A stretch of DNA of 64,000 nucleotides from a virus. Both the position numbers and the translations under genes were made by a program. The notes beneath the pieces were generated by a model. That model made no database searches and was not told where the DNA came from. It saw only the letters and a program-made list of their open reading frames with translations. The first letter of the stretch is position 1. Every line of letters begins with the position of its first letter. This document shows, one piece after another, positions 18,367 to 27,310 of the stretch. The stretch lies in the IMG/VR virus record IMGVR_UViG_3300027603_000001, positions 1 through 64,000 of that record; one strand, given 5' to 3'.

Positions 18367-20646
18367 ATGAAACGAACATTAATCCTAATCTTCTTTCTTT
18401 TCTCGCTTAGCGTGAGGGTGACTGCTCAGGTTACACTTGCGAAGCCTATCAAATTCGTGACAAGCAATCCGACAGTTTGCTCGGGTAATTTTCAGTACAA
18501 CAACACAACGACAGGTGACATCTTTGAGCGGTTAGGATCGTCTGGCACGGCGTGTACGAAAATAGTCAATGCTTCAGCAACAAGCATCGTCAACAACGCC
18601 CCCTCTGGCAACCTTCCTGTCTCAGCCGGCCCCCCTACACTTAATGATAGTGGAATAGCAGCGGTCAAGGGCGCTGCGAATAATCTCTCGATCACAGGGG
18701 GCTCCACAGGCAATCCCGTCATTCTTTCGGCAACAGGAAGTAACGACAACGTGGCCTTGCGAGTAAATCTAAAAGGCTATGATGCCATTACCGATACAGG
18801 GTTGAGTTATTTGCTGATTAGTCCTAACGCATCAGTGCCAGCGGGGACGATTGGGGATGTGTTAGGAGGCGCGCTTTGGATCGAAGCGGAGCAGACTAAA
18901 AATGCGAATATATACATACGACAGGCAGGGAGCAGCGCGGGCTTTAACCCAAATTATAACCTAATGATGTCCCGTGGCACTCTTGCGGTTCCAACTGCCT
19001 CGCAGAGCGGAGATAATAACGGACAGGTTATGTGGTACGCTTACGATGGCGCTAATTGGGGACAATTAGCAGCAGTGGAAGGCTTTGTCGATGCCGCTGT
19101 TGGTGCAGGCAGTACACCGGGGCGCTTGTGGTTCACAACATCTAACGGGGCAGGCTTGCAGTTAGGTTTAGAGATAAATTCAGCGCAGAAAGTTACCGTT
19201 CCCCAAACACTAAATGTTGGTTCTCTCTCCGTCTCTCAAGCCGTCTTCACTGATGCAAGCAAGAATCTAGTGAGCAAGGCGGTAACCGGTTCTGGAAGCG
19301 TAGTCCTTGGCACTTCACCGAATATCACGACACCAACTGGAATTGTTAAGGGTGATGTGGGATTAGGCAACGTAGCGAATGTTGATACTACGAGCGCCGC
19401 CAACATCTCCAGCGGCACACTGCCCAACGCTCGCATCGTAGCGCTGCCACTGACCGCGCTGGCTACTCAAGCTGCTGATACCGCCGTAGTCAACGCAACT
19501 GGAGGGGTTGCCGCACCAACAACGGTGGCGATCGGCTCCTGCTCAGCGGGAACAAGCGCACTGACTTATAACACAACTACTCATGCCTTTGGTTGCAATT
19601 CGATCAGCGGTAGCCCTTTCGCGGACAATGCCGCCCTAGTCAAAAACAACGGCGACAACACGAAGCTTGGCATCTTTGATGTCTCACTGGTTACGAGTGG
19701 CACAACCCGCACTTATAAATTCCTTGATGCGAACGGGTCGATACCGATTGCGCCCACGGCTGGGCCGATCACGTTTGCAGGGCCAACAGCGGCACGAACG
19801 GTCACACTACCTGACGCGAACTTCACTGCGGCTCGGACAGATGCCTCAAACACTTTCACCGGCGCTCAAGGAATAAATGGCCCCATAATTGGCGGAGTAA
19901 CCACGATCCATACCGGAACCAATCAGAACATTATCGTTCAATCTCACGTGACACCGACTACTGGCATCACAATTCAGTCCGTCAATGATGACAACAACGC
20001 TGGGCAGGGATTGGAATTTCGCGGTAGCGATCTCGTGTTTGCGGCTAGTGGAGTAGCCGCGATAACAGTGAACTCAAGTCAGGCGATAACCTTGCCTGGT
20101 ATTATCTCTATTACTAACGCGACTGACTCGTCCTCGTCGTCAACCGGGGCATTAGTAGTTAGTGGTGGCGCGGCGATCAACAAGCGCGTTTTCATTCCGG
20201 GCATCTCTGCATCGGCAGGATTGCAAACTGCGGTTCTCTGTCAGTCATCAGGCGGCGAGATGATCGCCGATTCGGTTGCTTGTTTAGCGTCGTCGTTGCG
20301 ATACAAAGATGGCGTTCACGACTTAGCGGGTGGCTTGATCGAGGTAATGAAGTTGCGTCCAGTCAGTTTCACCTACAAGCCCGAAGGGATCTTTGCTACA
20401 AACCCGACCTTCCAGAGAGAACGTCCCGGTTTAATCGCGGAAGAAGTCAACCTAATCGATCCGCGACTGGTGGGCTTTGAGAAGGATGGCGTTACGCCGC
20501 GCACAGTTGGTTACGACTTAACAGTTCCTATCCTGATCAAAGCAGTTCAGGAACTCAACATAAAGTTCGAGTCTTACAAGCGAGCCTCTGAAACCAAAGC
20601 GGTGGCCCAGCAGAAAGAGATTGATGCTTTGAAAGGACGGCCATGA
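18367..20646 (+). CDS. tail fibre with C-terminal intramolecular chaperone (peptidase S74) domain
   Basis: 759 aa. C-terminus SSLRYKDGVHDL..LRPVSFTYK..GLIAEEV..VGYDLTVPILIKAVQELN matches the S74 auto-cleaving chaperone domain. The N-terminus MKRTLILIFFLFSLSVRVTAQ is signal-like. Confidence 0.9.
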   Translation: MKRTLILIFFLFSLSVRVTAQVTLAKPIKFVTSNPTVCSGNFQYNNTTTGDIFERLGSSGTACTKIVNASATSIVNNAPSGNLPVSAGPPTLNDSGIAAVKGAANNLSITGGSTGNPVILSATGSNDNVALRVNLKGYDAITDTGLSYLLISPNASVPAGTIGDVLGGALWIEAEQTKNANIYIRQAGSSAGFNPNYNLMMSRGTLAVPTASQSGDNNGQVMWYAYDGANWGQLAAVEGFVDAAVGAGSTPGRLWFTTSNGAGLQLGLEINSAQKVTVPQTLNVGSLSVSQAVFTDASKNLVSKAVTGSGSVVLGTSPNITTPTGIVKGDVGLGNVANVDTTSAANISSGTLPNARIVALPLTALATQAADTAVVNATGGVAAPTTVAIGSCSAGTSALTYNTTTHAFGCNSISGSPFADNAALVKNNGDNTKLGIFDVSLVTSGTTRTYKFLDANGSIPIAPTAGPITFAGPTAARTVTLPDANFTAARTDASNTFTGAQGINGPIIGGVTTIHTGTNQNIIVQSHVTPTTGITIQSVNDDNNAGQGLEFRGSDLVFAASGVAAITVNSSQAITLPGIISITNATDSSSSSTGALVVSGGAAINKRVFIPGISASAGLQTAVLCQSSGGEMIADSVACLASSLRYKDGVHDLAGGLIEVMKLRPVSFTYKPEGIFATNPTFQRERPGLIAEEVNLIDPRLVGFEKDGVTPRTVGYDLTVPILIKAVQELNIKFESYKRASETKAVAQQKEIDALKGRP

Positions 20647-21041
20647 AAACAATACTATTGATTCTATCTTTCTCGTTCGCGGTGAGTGCGCAGGCTCTTC
20701 AGAAGTCTGACTTCCTAAAACCGCAGCTACTCAAATCTGAGTCAACTTGGCGATCTATGGGGCCGATGACCGCCATCTCAGGCGCGGTCTGTTTTAGTGG
20801 TACAGCCGCAGACATTGGAACCTCTGGAGGCTTCAACGAGCGCACAGGTTTCTATCGCAACCCGGACGGCTCACCGAACAAGGGACGAGCTGCCCTGGTG
20901 GAATTTGGTAGCTGTGGAGGTACATTGCTAGTGGAGCACTTTTACCCAAAGGCGGCGAAGGTCATGAGCGTCTTGCGCTTTGCGATGGGCGGAATTAGAT
21001 TTGGTGTCGCCGTGCATAATCGCTGGGGAGTGAGACAATGA
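20643..21041 (+). CDS. small secreted protein (signal peptide), unknown function
   Basis: 132 aa with ATGA overlap to the fibre gene. N-terminus MKTILLILSFSFAVSAQ. Confidence 0.8.
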   Translation: MKTILLILSFSFAVSAQALQKSDFLKPQLLKSESTWRSMGPMTAISGAVCFSGTAADIGTSGGFNERTGFYRNPDGSPNKGRAALVEFGSCGGTLLVEHFYPKAAKVMSVLRFAMGGIRFGVAVHNRWGVRQ

Positions 21042-21286
21042 CAGCTACACGAAAGAGCATCAAAGAGAAAGGAACGATGGGTTATTCACGCCCGCAGGAA
21101 TTAACACTCAAAGGCGATGCTATCACTGAAATCGAAGTAAGCACTGGAGATTCTGTGCGCATCACGAAAAAGGACGGCACGTTCATTTTAATTTCGCCGG
21201 GAAATCGAGATATGCGTAAGCCAGATGAGGATTTGCTGATCGAAGTCTTTCCCTGCGGCATTCAGAGTATGGGCGGAGGGCAATAA
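21038..21286 (+). CDS. hypothetical protein
   Basis: 82-aa ORF coupled by ATGA overlap. Confidence 0.7.
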   Translation: MTATRKSIKEKGTMGYSRPQELTLKGDAITEIEVSTGDSVRITKKDGTFILISPGNRDMRKPDEDLLIEVFPCGIQSMGGGQ

Positions 21287-21288
21287 AG

Positions 21289-21603
21289 GTGACACCTAAA
21301 TCAAAGAACATCTCAACCGCAGTGCTGGCTTTGTTCGCGCTGGTTTTAATAGTCAGGGCGCAACAGCCCGTCACTTACAAGCTGAATCCCGAAGCCTCGC
21401 AACGTTGGCAACAACTCGACAAGGCACAGGAAGACGTCATCAAAGAAGCGAACCGGCAATTAGGCGAGATAGCAGCACAGAAGACGGCGTTATTGATAGG
21501 TGCGGGCATCCCAGCGAGCGAGCGGGATAGACCCTGGGAGGCGAAGGCTGGTATTGTGGAATTCGCGCCGAAGGCAGTTACGAAGGCGAGTCCGACGCCG
21601 TAG
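21289..21603 (+). CDS. signal-peptide/N-anchored protein, unknown function
   Basis: 104 aa with GTG start 3 nt after the upstream stop. N-terminus ISTAVLALFALVLIVRAQ. Confidence 0.7.
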   Translation: MTPKSKNISTAVLALFALVLIVRAQQPVTYKLNPEASQRWQQLDKAQEDVIKEANRQLGEIAAQKTALLIGAGIPASERDRPWEAKAGIVEFAPKAVTKASPTP

Positions 21604-21631
21604 TGCGATACTGAAATCAGGCGGATTGTGA

Positions 21632-22060
21632 ATGTTAGCTATCGATTTCAATTCATGGGCTACTTACCTCCAAGGCGGCCTTGCTTTAATTCTTGGGTGG
21701 ATAGTCAAGACGTTAATCCAAGCGGGAAAGGATATCGTTGCGCTTCAGACTACAATTCAGTATTACGTTGAACGACAAACAAATGACGCAGCAGTGAGAC
21801 TAGACGTATCGAATCCGGCTCCGCCAGAAATTCGAGACTTATTGCAAAAGCATTTAGCTGGAGAGTTGGCCGAAGTGGAGCGTCGGGCATTAACCTCATG
21901 GCTGAGACAGGTTGGCACAAATCCAAAAGCTGACTCCTCTGAAAGAAGCGCTGCGCTTCAGTTACTAACAGGGCTTCAGACAGTAAGATTGTTTAAGCGG
22001 CGGAAGAAATGGTGGCAGTTTTTCAAAACAGAAGAAGAGTCAGAAACCACACTGAGATGA
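21632..22060 (+). CDS. membrane protein (one N-terminal TM)
   Basis: 142 aa with TM segment YLQGGLALILGWIVKTLI. Confidence 0.75.
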   Translation: MLAIDFNSWATYLQGGLALILGWIVKTLIQAGKDIVALQTTIQYYVERQTNDAAVRLDVSNPAPPEIRDLLQKHLAGELAEVERRALTSWLRQVGTNPKADSSERSAALQLLTGLQTVRLFKRRKKWWQFFKTEEESETTLR

Positions 22061-22395
22061 ACGTTGTTACGCTACTGATCATTATCCTTTTAGGGATCAC
22101 GGTTATCTACGGGTTGACCATTGTGCAGTCTATCTTGCTGTGGAGGTTCTACAGATCGTATTCGTGGCTCATTGGGGCCGTTACGTTTTTGTTGCTTGGG
22201 GCGCGGCAAGTATGGGCGTTGCTACAATTACCCGCAGCAATTATTCAAGCCCAGATGCAAGGGACGATGATTACACACCTGACCGCGCAACAATGGATTG
22301 GCGTGGTATGGGCTTATGTTATAGGTATGGGGTTCATTGCCTTTCTAGATCGGCAACGACGGGACTTGAAGAAACTGGGAGTGGCGGTTATATGA
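22057..22395 (+). CDS. multi-pass membrane protein, holin candidate
   Basis: Start moved to ATG 22057 (ATGA overlap with the upstream stop). There are 3-4 hydrophobic segments, and the gene lies upstream of the endolysin. Confidence 0.7.
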   Translation: MNVVTLLIIILLGITVIYGLTIVQSILLWRFYRSYSWLIGAVTFLLLGARQVWALLQLPAAIIQAQMQGTMITHLTAQQWIGVVWAYVIGMGFIAFLDRQRRDLKKLGVAVI

Positions 22396-22440
22396 TTCGA
22401 ACATTAGAGGAAAAGTCGAAAGGGTAAAGGAGAGACTAAT

Positions 22441-22641
22441 ATGGGGTTATTACTAGCAACAACTGGAACGCTTTCAATCGGCGTGGTGTTCTGGATACTG
22501 ATGATCATTTGGTTGGTCTTTGGGTTCTGGATCTACTGGCCGATCAACGCGAACGGCAGGCCGTTTGGAGGCCATCTTTTCATCTGGTTCATGTTGTTTC
22601 TTTTGGGATGGGCCGTATTTGGGTTTCCGATATCCGGCTGA
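22441..22641 (+). CDS. small two-TM membrane protein, holin candidate
   Basis: 66 aa with SD AAGGAGAG upstream and two hydrophobic helices. Confidence 0.75.
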   Translation: MGLLLATTGTLSIGVVFWILMIIWLVFGFWIYWPINANGRPFGGHLFIWFMLFLLGWAVFGFPISG

Positions 22642-22713
22642 GTCCGTGAAATCGCAACCACAAAATATTCTGTTTGAAACCTTATGAGTAGGGTATAGTG
22701 CCACCGTGATTCC

Positions 22714-23133
22714 ATGTTAGCTAATGTGCGAAAAGTCCCAGACATCTCACGCAATGGGCAAGGTGTGGCGCAAACAGCGTTGCCAGCTTCGTTGCCGTCC
22801 CTTTTATCTCGAATTAAATCAAAGTTCCAGTGGGAGGATTTGGTAGTGGCGGGACGCGAGGTCAGAGGGTTAGTAGTGCCACCGTGGGCCGCTGCGGTGT
22901 TTCTAACTGCGATCCTTGGCGGCGGTGGATATGCGTGGAAAACGGTGTCGGATGGACAACGCGAGAACCACGACGCCCTAATCATCCTCAAGACCCAGAA
23001 GGAAGACGCGGAGAAGTTGGCCTTACAAGAACACAACGACCGAGCATTGCAAGAGAGCGCAGACAAAGCTTGGCGTGAGAAGATGTCCAACCAGATGGCC
23101 GAGCTAAAAATGCAAATCAAGCCTCAGAACTAA
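22714..23133 (+). CDS. TM + coiled-coil protein (spanin-like, speculative)
   Basis: 139 aa. TM segment VVPPWAAAVFLTAILGGGGYAW followed by a charged helical C-terminus. Confidence 0.65.
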   Translation: MLANVRKVPDISRNGQGVAQTALPASLPSLLSRIKSKFQWEDLVVAGREVRGLVVPPWAAAVFLTAILGGGGYAWKTVSDGQRENHDALIILKTQKEDAEKLALQEHNDRALQESADKAWREKMSNQMAELKMQIKPQN

Positions 23134-23148
23134 CAAAGGAGAATCGTC

Positions 23149-23403
23149 ATGGGTGGTGGTGCGTGTGTAGTAATCATCGAAGGGAACACCGTGCAGGGTG
23201 ATTCTCAGTTGCTAATATCAACGGCGTCAGCCTCGTGTCAGTTGGTGGACTATCTGCGCACCGAGGATAATTGGAATGAGGATGACGCGAAGCCGATTGA
23301 GGACTTTCACGTTCGCGCTAAAGCGGTTGTGTCACGGCTGAATGCCGACCTTGATGCGATTAACCGAGCGCTGGCGGCAAAGTACAAGCGGGCCGTTTCC
23401 TGA
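23149..23403 (+). CDS. hypothetical protein
   Basis: 84-aa ORF with SD AAGGAG upstream. Confidence 0.7.
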   Translation: MGGGACVVIIEGNTVQGDSQLLISTASASCQLVDYLRTEDNWNEDDAKPIEDFHVRAKAVVSRLNADLDAINRALAAKYKRAVS

Positions 23404-23475
23404 GTGGCGTGGGCCGTGGCCGCATTCGCTTTCTTAAAAGCTCTTGCGGAAACCCGCATCTCAAGAGTAGAGTAG

Positions 23476-24051
23476 GTGGTAATGGTTGATGCTGCGAAGT
23501 TCTTTGCGGGCTATCGTCAAGCCTTTGGTGCTTTGTCCCAAGACCAAGTAGATGGTCTTAACTTTTTGCTCACGTCATTTAACGCCGATCCGACGTGGGG
23601 TGATGTCCGCAACATTTCGTATAGCTTAGCAACGATTTTGTTAGAGACAGCGCACACCTTTCAGCCAATTCACGAACTTGGCAGCGACCAGTATCTCAGC
23701 AAGTATTGGACTAATCCCCGGCTCCGAGTAATGCTAGGAAACACTGAGCCGGCAGATGCTCAACGATTCAAAGGCAGGGGTTACGTGCAGATTACCGGGC
23801 GCGCTAACTATGCAAAGTTTGGTCTTGTTAACGATCCTGAATCGGCTCTCCAGCCCGCGACTGCGTTCCAAGTTATGACGAAAGGAATGTTTGAAGGAAT
23901 ATTTACAGGTCGCAAGTTGGGTGATTTCATTAACGAGCTTGAGACGGATTACGTGTCAGCGCGTCGAGTTATTAATGGTCAGGATAGGGCTAGTCAAATT
24001 GCTCACGACGCGGTAATGTTTGAGCAAATTTTAACTGAACCGCAAGTTTGA
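23476..24051 (+). CDS. endolysin, GH19/COG3179 chitinase-like
   Basis: LLETAHTFQPIHE (Glu pair) followed by FKGRGYVQITGRANY matches the RGxIQLTGxxNY signature of GH19-type phage lysins. Confidence 0.8.
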   Translation: MVMVDAAKFFAGYRQAFGALSQDQVDGLNFLLTSFNADPTWGDVRNISYSLATILLETAHTFQPIHELGSDQYLSKYWTNPRLRVMLGNTEPADAQRFKGRGYVQITGRANYAKFGLVNDPESALQPATAFQVMTKGMFEGIFTGRKLGDFINELETDYVSARRVINGQDRASQIAHDAVMFEQILTEPQV

Positions 24052-24068
24052 GAGGGGAAACGAATCCA

Positions 24069-24314
24069 ATGAAAACGCTACTTCTAAATATGTTGACTTC
24101 TATGATGTCGGTAGCAGGGCAGATGGTGGAAACGGCCAGTACCACTGAACCCAACCCTGCGACGGCGAAAGAGGAAGCGGTAATCGGCAAGGTGCTGACA
24201 TCGGGCGGTAAGGCCATTGCATCGTTGCTGGCAGGGAATGTACAGGACGTTGGCGCGGATTTAAAGGTGCTGGCGGACGGGATTTACGACTACCTTGGCC
24301 TAACCCATGCCTAA
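24069..24314 (+). CDS. hypothetical protein
   Basis: Start moved to ATG 24069, preceded by GAGAGGGGA. Confidence 0.65.
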   Translation: MKTLLLNMLTSMMSVAGQMVETASTTEPNPATAKEEAVIGKVLTSGGKAIASLLAGNVQDVGADLKVLADGIYDYLGLTHA

Positions 24315-24741
24315 TCCGCTCTCTATCGCATGGGACACCTTTGCGGGTCTGCCAGACGCAATAAAGAGCGGTGGCCCGGTAGCTGTCATTCTTGCCTTTG
24401 TGCTGTTCGCTGGATTTCAAGGCTGGTGGGTGTTTGGAGCGACTTACAAAGAAGTGGAGAGCCAGCGAGACGAATTTAAGGCTATTGCATTTAATTGCAC
24501 AGGGATCGTCACGACTGCCGCTCAGAAGTCCGCGAAGATAAACGATCAGGCAGTGGAGTCGGGAAAACCCACGGTGGCCGCGGTGAAGGTTGTCGCGCCG
24601 CTGACTGATACCGAGAAGAAAGCCATTGAGAAGCCCAAGTCGGCGGAAGCTCCGGACTTGGCGCAGAAGATTGAAGCGGCACAAAAGGTTTTGCAGAAAA
24701 CTGATGTTGTGCCAGTGCCGTCCCCGGCAAAGAAACCATGA
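24307..24741 (+). CDS. N-terminally anchored membrane protein
   Basis: 144 aa. TM segment GGPVAVILAFVLFAGFQGWWVF with a Pro/Lys-rich C-terminus. Confidence 0.7.
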   Translation: MPNPLSIAWDTFAGLPDAIKSGGPVAVILAFVLFAGFQGWWVFGATYKEVESQRDEFKAIAFNCTGIVTTAAQKSAKINDQAVESGKPTVAAVKVVAPLTDTEKKAIEKPKSAEAPDLAQKIEAAQKVLQKTDVVPVPSPAKKP

Positions 24742-25448
24742 TCACCGTCACTGTTATCAACGAATCAACCCTCCTAACGGATGCTCAAGTAGCTCCAGTT
24801 GTAGCGGCTTTGCAGCGGCAGGTGAGTGAACACTTCTTTCCAGCATGGGGAATTGATGCGCGGTTGGAGTTTCTTTCAAAAGGGGCGCAGTCCTCATCGG
24901 CTTATAGCTGGCAACTCATTTTACTGGACACGTCTGACGACGCGGGAGCTTTGGGTTATCACGACATAACTCCAAGGGGGCTACCTCTCGGTAAAGTCTT
25001 CGTGAAATCAGACCTTGACAGCGGATCGTCTTGGACAGTCACGCTCAGCCATGAACTGCTTGAAATGTTGGGAGATCCAAACATTAACCTCACCGTGTTG
25101 GTGGATAATATACTTTATGCTTATGAAGCCTGCGATGCGTGTGAGGCGGATGAGTTAGGCTACGACATTGGTGGCGTAAAGGTCAGTGATTTTGTGTATC
25201 CAGCCTACTTTGAATCGTTTTGGGGAGAGGGGGAGACGCAGTTCGACTATGGTAAACACATCAGCGCGCCTTTGCAACTGCTTCCCGGTGGGTATGCCAG
25301 CTACCTCGACATCACGAACGGGCAAGGGTGGCAACAGAAGTATGCGGACGCAACGCCGAGCTTCGCCAATCGTCCGAGGGTAGGATCAAGGCGAGAACGA
25401 CGACGACTTCCACGTGAACAGTGGGTTAAATCGAAAGGAACCATATGA
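24738..25448 (+). CDS. hypothetical protein with SHELLEMLGDP motif
   Basis: 236 aa with ATGA coupling. The motif resembles a zincin site but is not HExxH. Confidence 0.75.
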   Translation: MITVTVINESTLLTDAQVAPVVAALQRQVSEHFFPAWGIDARLEFLSKGAQSSSAYSWQLILLDTSDDAGALGYHDITPRGLPLGKVFVKSDLDSGSSWTVTLSHELLEMLGDPNINLTVLVDNILYAYEACDACEADELGYDIGGVKVSDFVYPAYFESFWGEGETQFDYGKHISAPLQLLPGGYASYLDITNGQGWQQKYADATPSFANRPRVGSRRERRRLPREQWVKSKGTI

Positions 25449-25996
25449 ATACATCTCCATCGGGCGCACCATTAATGACGCGCCGTCAGTTAATGCAGGG
25501 CGGTGTCAAGCTCGCTCTGCTGGCTTTCGTCGGTAGAATCCTTGCCGTGTTGGGACTCACGGGCGGCGTAATCGCTACCCAGGTCGGATGCTCGGTAAAG
25601 AATATCGCTTTCTACGTCTCCACAGTCGTAGGAGCGTTGCAATCGCTATCACCGTTACTGCCGGGCGCTGCGGGCATTATCGCCAAGGCCGTTACCGCAG
25701 CCAACGATTTTCTCAAGGCGTATCAAGCAGGTAAGTTCGACAACGCGAAGACGCTGCTGGCCAATCTCGTAGACTTCATGACGCAGATTGCCAACGATGT
25801 AGGAATTAACAATCCCACGGTCAAGGGTATCTTCGCTATCGCCTCGGTTGCTATCCACGTGATTGCGACGTTGCTAATTGGACAGATACCGCCAGCAACA
25901 ATGGCGGCTCGTGCGAGTGACCCGGCTGCGGCAACGTTGCACCGACTGGCGAACCCAGCGACCATTGATGCGATATTCACAGCGACTAGACCATGA
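25445..25996 (+). CDS. exported protein with twin-arginine (Tat)-like signal
   Basis: N-terminus MTRRQLMQGGVKLALLAFVG fits T-R-R-x-hydrophobic followed by an h-region. ATGA coupling. Confidence 0.7.
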   Translation: MNTSPSGAPLMTRRQLMQGGVKLALLAFVGRILAVLGLTGGVIATQVGCSVKNIAFYVSTVVGALQSLSPLLPGAAGIIAKAVTAANDFLKAYQAGKFDNAKTLLANLVDFMTQIANDVGINNPTVKGIFAIASVAIHVIATLLIGQIPPATMAARASDPAAATLHRLANPATIDAIFTATRP

Positions 25997-26106
25997 CCAT
26001 CACCGTTGAAAGCGTCTCAGTGGGAGTAATCCTCGCTGGCATTGGTGTAGGGTTGGCAACGGCGCTGCGGTGGTTCGTACGATGGAAGCAGGACAAAGGG
26101 TTGTAA
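25993..26106 (+). CDS. 37-aa single-TM peptide
   Basis: Not in the ORF track because it is under 60 aa. ATG 25993 overlaps the upstream TGA (ATGA). Sequence MTITVESVSVGVILAGIGVGLATALRWFVRWKQDKGL. Confidence 0.5.
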   Translation: MTITVESVSVGVILAGIGVGLATALRWFVRWKQDKGL

Positions 26107-26195
26107 CGAGCATGCGGGCGGTCAATTCTAGAACTTAGCTTGGGGGCAGTGTTGAGGCTGGAAGGGATCGCCCGCAGAGTAATGGAGATTGAGCC

Positions 26196-26390
26196 ATGGA
26201 TGAAGATGACAACAGGGTGTTTGTTGAGATTGACAGGGATGGGGCGCTGTTCTATATTCTTGATGCCTTTATCGGTGCTTATAACAGGAGAACGGACGTC
26301 CTAGCGCAAAATGGAGGTAGTCAGGAGTCCACCGACCTCGACAAAATCAAGGCTTCAATTGACGCAGCAGATGCGGAACTGAAGGGATAA
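26196..26390 (+). CDS. small acidic protein, paralog of 27025..27219
   Basis: 64 aa. The C-terminus GGSQESTDLDKIKASIDAADAELKG aligns with GGAVEAADLSTLKTAIDAADAGLNP of the ORF on the other side of the GIY-YIG gene. Confidence 0.7.
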   Translation: MDEDDNRVFVEIDRDGALFYILDAFIGAYNRRTDVLAQNGGSQESTDLDKIKASIDAADAELKG

Positions 26391-27005
26391 ATGATTCAAG
26401 GGATTTACAGAATTCGGCACTTGGGCACTGACGCCGCTTATGTAGGACAAGCCAGTAATATTCATAAAAGGTGGGTAGCTCATAGGTATAAATTGCGGCT
26501 GAATCGCCATACCAGTCCGAAGCTACAAATGTTCTGGAATACATATGGTGCGGTGTTCTTTGTCTTTGAGGTTTTGGAAAGAATTGAGAAATGGGAGGAT
26601 TTACAGTCTGCGGAGCAACGATACATAGACGCTGAAAAGATACTGCTTAATCAAGTCCCTCGCGCGGGCGGTGGCCCTATTATTGGGCACAAAGTTTCAG
26701 AATCGACTAGACAGAAAATAAGTGCCATTAACAAAGGACGGAAGCATAGCGCCGAATTTAGAGCAGCGCAATCAGCACAACGATTAGGTAAACCCAGAAA
26801 GTTATCCCCAGAAGGACGTGCGAAAATGTCGGCCTTTATGAGTGGCAATAAGTACAATGGTAAAAGCAATCAAATTCATTGTATCTATGGACATCTTCTG
26901 CCTACTCGGTTGCGAAGCGACGGTAGACGGAAAAATTGCTTTCTTTGCAGCAAGCGCCGTTGCCAAGAGCATGTACGACGAAAGGCGCAGAACTTAAACT
27001 GTTAG
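26391..27005 (+). CDS. GIY-YIG homing endonuclease (I-TevI/Seg-like) with NUMOD3-type repeats
   Basis: GIYRIRH..AYVGQASNIHKRW..AEQRYI covers GIY, YVG, and the conserved R and E. NUMOD3-like repeats follow (SESTRQKISAINKGRKHS, SPEGRAKMSAFMSG). The gene is visibly AT-richer than its flanks. Confidence 0.85.
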   Translation: MIQGIYRIRHLGTDAAYVGQASNIHKRWVAHRYKLRLNRHTSPKLQMFWNTYGAVFFVFEVLERIEKWEDLQSAEQRYIDAEKILLNQVPRAGGGPIIGHKVSESTRQKISAINKGRKHSAEFRAAQSAQRLGKPRKLSPEGRAKMSAFMSGNKYNGKSNQIHCIYGHLLPTRLRSDGRRKNCFLCSKRRCQEHVRRKAQNLNC

Positions 27006-27024
27006 TAAACAAAGGAGAAAGATT

Positions 27025-27219
27025 TTGGCAACAATTACTGAGGTAACAGATGATTTCACGAAATTCGTGGCAGACGTGAAAACAAAGGTTGATGCGCTGC
27101 AAGCCAAGATCGACGCGGGCGGGGCAGTGGAAGCGGCTGACCTTAGCACGCTGAAGACCGCGATTGACGCGGCAGATGCGGGGTTGAACCCGGCACCACC
27201 TGTGCCTGTAGTCCCATAA
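27025..27219 (+). CDS. small protein, paralog of 26196..26390
   Basis: 64 aa with SD AAGGAGAAAG. It is the last plus-strand gene before the convergent minus-strand block. Confidence 0.7.
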   Translation: MATITEVTDDFTKFVADVKTKVDALQAKIDAGGAVEAADLSTLKTAIDAADAGLNPAPPVPVVP

Positions 27220-27310
27220 CCAGCGTGTTGCAGGTCGTTATTACTTGGCCGCAACGGTGGGTGGGCGCTTCGTGACTCATTCCGAGCAAGGATATTAGCG
27301 GAGCGCCTGC

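Noticed and set aside
437-20646. Antisense and alternative-frame track ORFs inside the large structural genes (e.g. 865..1098, 7248..7694, 15891..16154, 17088..17345).
   Set aside because: They are fully nested in long uninterrupted ORFs on the other strand or frame, with skewed low-complexity composition.
11345-20646. Diversity-generating retroelement acting on the fibre genes.
   Set aside because: No reverse transcriptase ORF (no YxDD-type motif) and no template/variable repeat pair was seen.
22385-22405. GTTCGAATC (minus strand), a tRNA-like T-loop.
   Set aside because: It lies inside overlapping coding frames, and the flanking 5-nt arms are not complementary (3 of 5).
24738-25448. SHELLEMLGDP read as a zinc-metalloprotease HExxH site.
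   Set aside because: The sequence is H-E-L-L-E, not HExxH, and I identified no third ligand motif. It is left as hypothetical.
27220-27310. Expected bidirectional terminator between the convergent blocks.
   Set aside because: Only short, large-loop complementarities are present (GGCGCT...AGCGCC), with no stem plus U-tract.
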